From Candidatus Hydrogenedentota bacterium (GTDB taxonomy: Bacteria > Hydrogenedentota > Hydrogenedentia > Hydrogenedentales > SLHB01), in contig JARKSN010000017.1 in the NCBI GenBank assembly GCA_029974275.1, positions 1 through 18,628 of the forward strand: DNA of 18,628 nucleotides, given 5' to 3'. Both the position numbers and the translations under genes were made by a program. The notes under the pieces are model-generated. The model worked only from the letters and a program-made list of their open reading frames with translations, was not told the origin of the DNA and did not search any database. Of this stretch, positions 15,761 through 18,628 are shown piece after piece. Positions within the stretch are counted from its first letter, which is position 1. Each line of letters starts with the position of its first letter.

Positions 15761-15835
15761 CGGGCGCCGGTTTCGACAGCGACGTCGGAGCGGAGAGGGA
15801 AGGGGGCGCTGGGCCGTCCTTCGAAGAGGTGGTCA

Positions 15836-17413
15836 GTGGATTATCTGCGCCAAGTATGGGCCGAAGCGGTGCAGACGTGGCACAAGCTGACGTTGAGCGC
15901 GAAGGTCAATATCGCGTTGGCGGCGTTGGTCACGTTGGGCGTTGTTTTCGCGCTTGTGGCGATGGGGAGCCACACGCAGTACGCGGCCTTGTTCACGCGT
16001 CTTTCCGTGGAGGACACGGCGGCGATTCAGGCGGAGTTGCAGGATCGCGGCGTCAAATATGTCATGCGGGATAGCGCCACGACGGTCATGGTGCCTGTTC
16101 AGAAGCTGAGTCAGCTTCGCGTCGATCTTGCCGCGAAGGGTCTTCCCAAGACCCAGGGCACGGTGCCGGGTTTTGAGTTGTTCGATCGCAAAGACCTCAT
16201 GACCAATCAGTATCTGCAGGACCTTAATTATCAGCGGGCGATCAACGGCGAATTGCAGCGCATGCTCAATGAGTTCGATTTTGTGGATTCGTCGGCGGTG
16301 TTCATATCGCCGGCCAAGGAGGAATTGTTCAGCGATTCGCAAAAGCCGTCCAAGGCGGCCGTGACGCTTTCCGTGAGCCGGCGCCCCACGGAGAAGGAAG
16401 TCCGGGCGGTGTTGAACATTGTGGCGACGCATGGCGGGGCGAATCTGGACCTTAACCATATCACGTTGGCCACGACGAAGGGCGAGTTGTTGTATGAGCC
16501 GCCGCGCGACGAGTTGACCGCGCTGGCGAGTTCCAAGGCGGACTATATTCAGAAGTGGGAGGCGTTGCGCGAGCGGAAAGTGCTGGACGCCTTTGAACAG
16601 ATTGGGAAGAAGGCCATTGTGCGCGTCAGCGCGAAGGTCGATTTTCGCACGGTGAGGGAGACGGTTAACGAGGTCACCAAGGGGACGGCGGTCAGTTCGC
16701 TGAGCACGGCTACGACGACGAATACGCGCGAAGCGGCGGCTGAGGGACCTCCCGGGGCGACGGCCAATCCGCCGGAAGGGGCCCAGGCCTTGAAGGGGAC
16801 GATTACGGAGGAGACGACCGAGCAGACGTTGGAGAACAACGAGCCGTCGAAAAGGACTACGGAGACCACGAACAATCCGGGTGATGTGATAGGGTATTCG
16901 GTGAGCGTGCTCATGGAGAGCAATTACCGGCCTGTGCTGGACGAGGGCGGCAAGCCCACCGGCAAGGTCGAGCCTGAGCCGCTCACGGACGATCAGAAGC
17001 AGAAATGGCGGGCGTGGATTGCCAAGGCGGTGGGGCCGGGGGTGGATGCGAACGCCGACGTGATTGTGGAGGACCAGGCTTTTGATGTGGCGCAGTTGGC
17101 GCAGGCTCAGGCGACGGTGGCGGGCGTCGCGGGCGTGACGCTTTTGACCATGTTCCAGGGGTATGGCATAAATGCGTTGAAGTTGTTGCTTGTCATTGGC
17201 GCTTTCATATGGGTCCGCCGTTTGTTGCAGCGGGCGTTCCGGAAGCCCGAGGAAGAGGTCGAAGAGGAGGGACTCGTCATCACCGGCCCGCAGGTCACCC
17301 CCGAGGATTTGCGCAATCGCGAAGTCGCGAGCGAAGTGGAACGGGCGTTTCAGGAGCAGCCCGAGATGGTGGTGGCGTTGCTTCGTTCCTGGTTGACCGA
17401 GTCCCAGGAGTAG
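15836..17413 (+). CDS. fliF: Flagellar MS-ring protein FliF
   Basis: GTG 15836 after GAGGTGG (the ORF-track extension to 15656 is rejected). N-terminal TM, Y..LF..LS.ED...I...L, GFELFD, YQRA..GEL.R, second TM near the C terminus, and the FliG-binding tail LLRSWL. Confidence 0.94.
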   Translation: MDYLRQVWAEAVQTWHKLTLSAKVNIALAALVTLGVVFALVAMGSHTQYAALFTRLSVEDTAAIQAELQDRGVKYVMRDSATTVMVPVQKLSQLRVDLAAKGLPKTQGTVPGFELFDRKDLMTNQYLQDLNYQRAINGELQRMLNEFDFVDSSAVFISPAKEELFSDSQKPSKAAVTLSVSRRPTEKEVRAVLNIVATHGGANLDLNHITLATTKGELLYEPPRDELTALASSKADYIQKWEALRERKVLDAFEQIGKKAIVRVSAKVDFRTVRETVNEVTKGTAVSSLSTATTTNTREAAAEGPPGATANPPEGAQALKGTITEETTEQTLENNEPSKRTTETTNNPGDVIGYSVSVLMESNYRPVLDEGGKPTGKVEPEPLTDDQKQKWRAWIAKAVGPGVDANADVIVEDQAFDVAQLAQAQATVAGVAGVTLLTMFQGYGINALKLLLVIGAFIWVRRLLQRAFRKPEEEVEEEGLVITGPQVTPEDLRNREVASEVERAFQEQPEMVVALLRSWLTESQE

Positions 17414-17417
17414 TCTC

Positions 17418-18446
17418 ACGGCTAGGTCGTCGAAAACCGATCAACTTGACGGACGGAGCAAGGCGGCCATACTGCTGGCCTGCCTGGGGCCCCAAGCGGC
17501 CAGCCGCGTCCTTTCCAAGATGAGCGAGGATGAGGTCGAGAAACTGACGCTCGACCTGTCGAGCCTGGGCACCGTCGAGCCCGAATTGCGGGAGGCGGTG
17601 GTCACGGAATTTCATCAGATGATGATAGCGAACCGCTATGTTTCGCAAGGAGGGCTCGATTACGCGCGCACCTTGCTGGAGTCTGCGTTTGGAGCCGAGC
17701 GGGCTCTCGAGATTTTGACGCGGTTGCAGAGCAATTTGCAGGAAGTTCCGTTTGAGTTTTTGCGGAAGGCGGATCCGGCGCAGATCAGCAGTTTTGTGCA
17801 GGATGAGCATCCGCAGACCATCGCGTTGATTCTGGCGCATTTGGACCCGCAGGTTTCGTCTTTGGTGCTTTCCTCGTTGGCGCAGGACGTGCGCTCCGAC
17901 GTGATTATTCGCATCGCGGGGATGGACCGCACCCCCCCCGAGATTGTGCGCGAGGTGGAGCGCGTTCTGGAGCGGAAAATGGCGTCGGTGTTCAGTCAGG
18001 GGTTCACGTTTGCGGGCGGTGTGAAGAGCGTGGCGGAAATTCTCAACCGGATTGAGCGCGGGACCGAGAAGGCGATCATGTCGGATCTGGAGGAGCGCGA
18101 TCCGGAGCTTGCGGACGAGATATCGCGGTTGATGTTCACGTTTGACGATTTGGTTTACGTGGAAGATGGCGGCATTCAGAAGGCGTTGCGCGAGATCGAG
18201 CAGCGCGAATTGGCGTTGGCGCTGAAGTCCGCGAGCGAGGATATTGCGAACAAGATATACCGGAACCTGTCCGAGCGCGCCCGTGAGATGATCCGGGAAG
18301 AGATCGAGTACATGGGGCCCGTGCGGTTGCGGCAGGTGGAGGAGGCCCAGCAGAAGATAGTGTCGGTTATCCGGCGCTTGGAGGATGCGGGCGAGATTGT
18401 CATTGAAGGGCGCGGCGGCGGCGGCGAGGACGAGATCATCTCCTGA
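17418..18446 (+). CDS. fliG: Flagellar motor switch protein FliG (probable non-canonical ACG start at 17418; first ATG at 17520)
   Basis: In-frame conserved N-terminus LDGRSKAAILLACLG lies upstream of ATG 17520. Also GG.DYA..LL..A.G, PFEFLR, EHPQTIALILAHL, GG linker, MFTFDDL and NLSERA..M..EE...GPVRL..VEEAQ. Confidence 0.96.
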   Translation, partial: TARSSKTDQLDGRSKAAILLACLGPQAASRVLSKMSEDEVEKLTLDLSSLGTVEPELREAVVTEFHQMMIANRYVSQGGLDYARTLLESAFGAERALEILTRLQSNLQEVPFEFLRKADPAQISSFVQDEHPQTIALILAHLDPQVSSLVLSSLAQDVRSDVIIRIAGMDRTPPEIVREVERVLERKMASVFSQGFTFAGGVKSVAEILNRIERGTEKAIMSDLEERDPELADEISRLMFTFDDLVYVEDGGIQKALREIEQRELALALKSASEDIANKIYRNLSERAREMIREEIEYMGPVRLRQVEEAQQKIVSVIRRLEDAGEIVIEGRGGGGEDEIIS

Positions 18447-18547
18447 GCGTGAAGGCCGCATGCGCGGCGGACATGCGCGCGGGCGCTCAAGACAAGGGAA
18501 AGGACGGGCGCGCCGTTTTCCCCTCGAGAAGGCGCGTCACACGTTTT

Positions 18548-18628
18548 ATGGCCAAGATCATCAAATCGACGGAAGCTCGCCCGGACATATGTCAACCGTA
18601 TGATCGGGCGGTTCTTGTTCCTTTCGAG
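18548..18628 (+). CDS. fliH: Probable flagellar assembly protein FliH, N-terminal fragment (runs off the window)
   Basis: ATG 18548 opens MAKIIKSTEARPDICQPYDRAVLVPFE with no stop before the edge. The M-x-K-I-I-K start and position directly after fliG fit fliH. Confidence 0.6.
   Translation, partial: MAKIIKSTEARPDICQPYDRAVLVPFE

Noticed and set aside
15656..15835. ORF-track N-terminal extension of fliF (likewise extensions of flgB from 14111, SGNH from 11493, flavoprotein from 13022 and kinase from 8182)
   Set aside because: The extensions are low-complexity, overlap promoters, hairpins or neighbouring genes, and better SD-associated starts exist downstream.
15833..18461. 528-aa and 388-aa minus-strand ORFs opposite fliF and fliG
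   Set aside because: Antisense shadows of conserved flagellar genes.

Overview
GC-rich bacterial chromosomal window with no mobile element, RNA gene or CRISPR array visible. From left to right it holds: (1) the 3' part of an Mrp/ApbC Fe-S carrier ATPase fused to a C-terminal DUF971 domain (HCF101-like). (2) A tightly packed minus-strand cluster: a 14-blade beta-propeller/Y_Y_Y-GAF-PAS histidine kinase with no signal peptide or transmembrane helix, a stand-alone receiver, a REC-PP2C phosphatase and STAS protein resembling the Pseudomonas RssB/RssC pair, and a GH1 beta-glucosidase. (3) A plus-strand two-gene cassette (68-aa orphan plus a degenerate methyltransferase-like/TPR protein) bracketed by a 12-bp direct repeat. 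(4) A secreted SGNH hydrolase with an Ig-like domain and a VPLPA-like C-terminal tail, a VAO/PCMH-family flavoprotein and a DhnA-type class I aldolase, all on the minus strand. (5) Divergently, a sigma54-type promoter and the flagellar operon flgB-flgC-fliE-fliF-fliG-fliH (partial). The most notable observations are the apparently cytoplasmic glycan-sensor-type kinase wired to a partner-switch module and a glycosidase, an fliG that seems to start at ACG, and a structured 408-bp fliE-fliF spacer containing a terminator-like hairpin. All family assignments come from motif recognition by eye; no searches were run.
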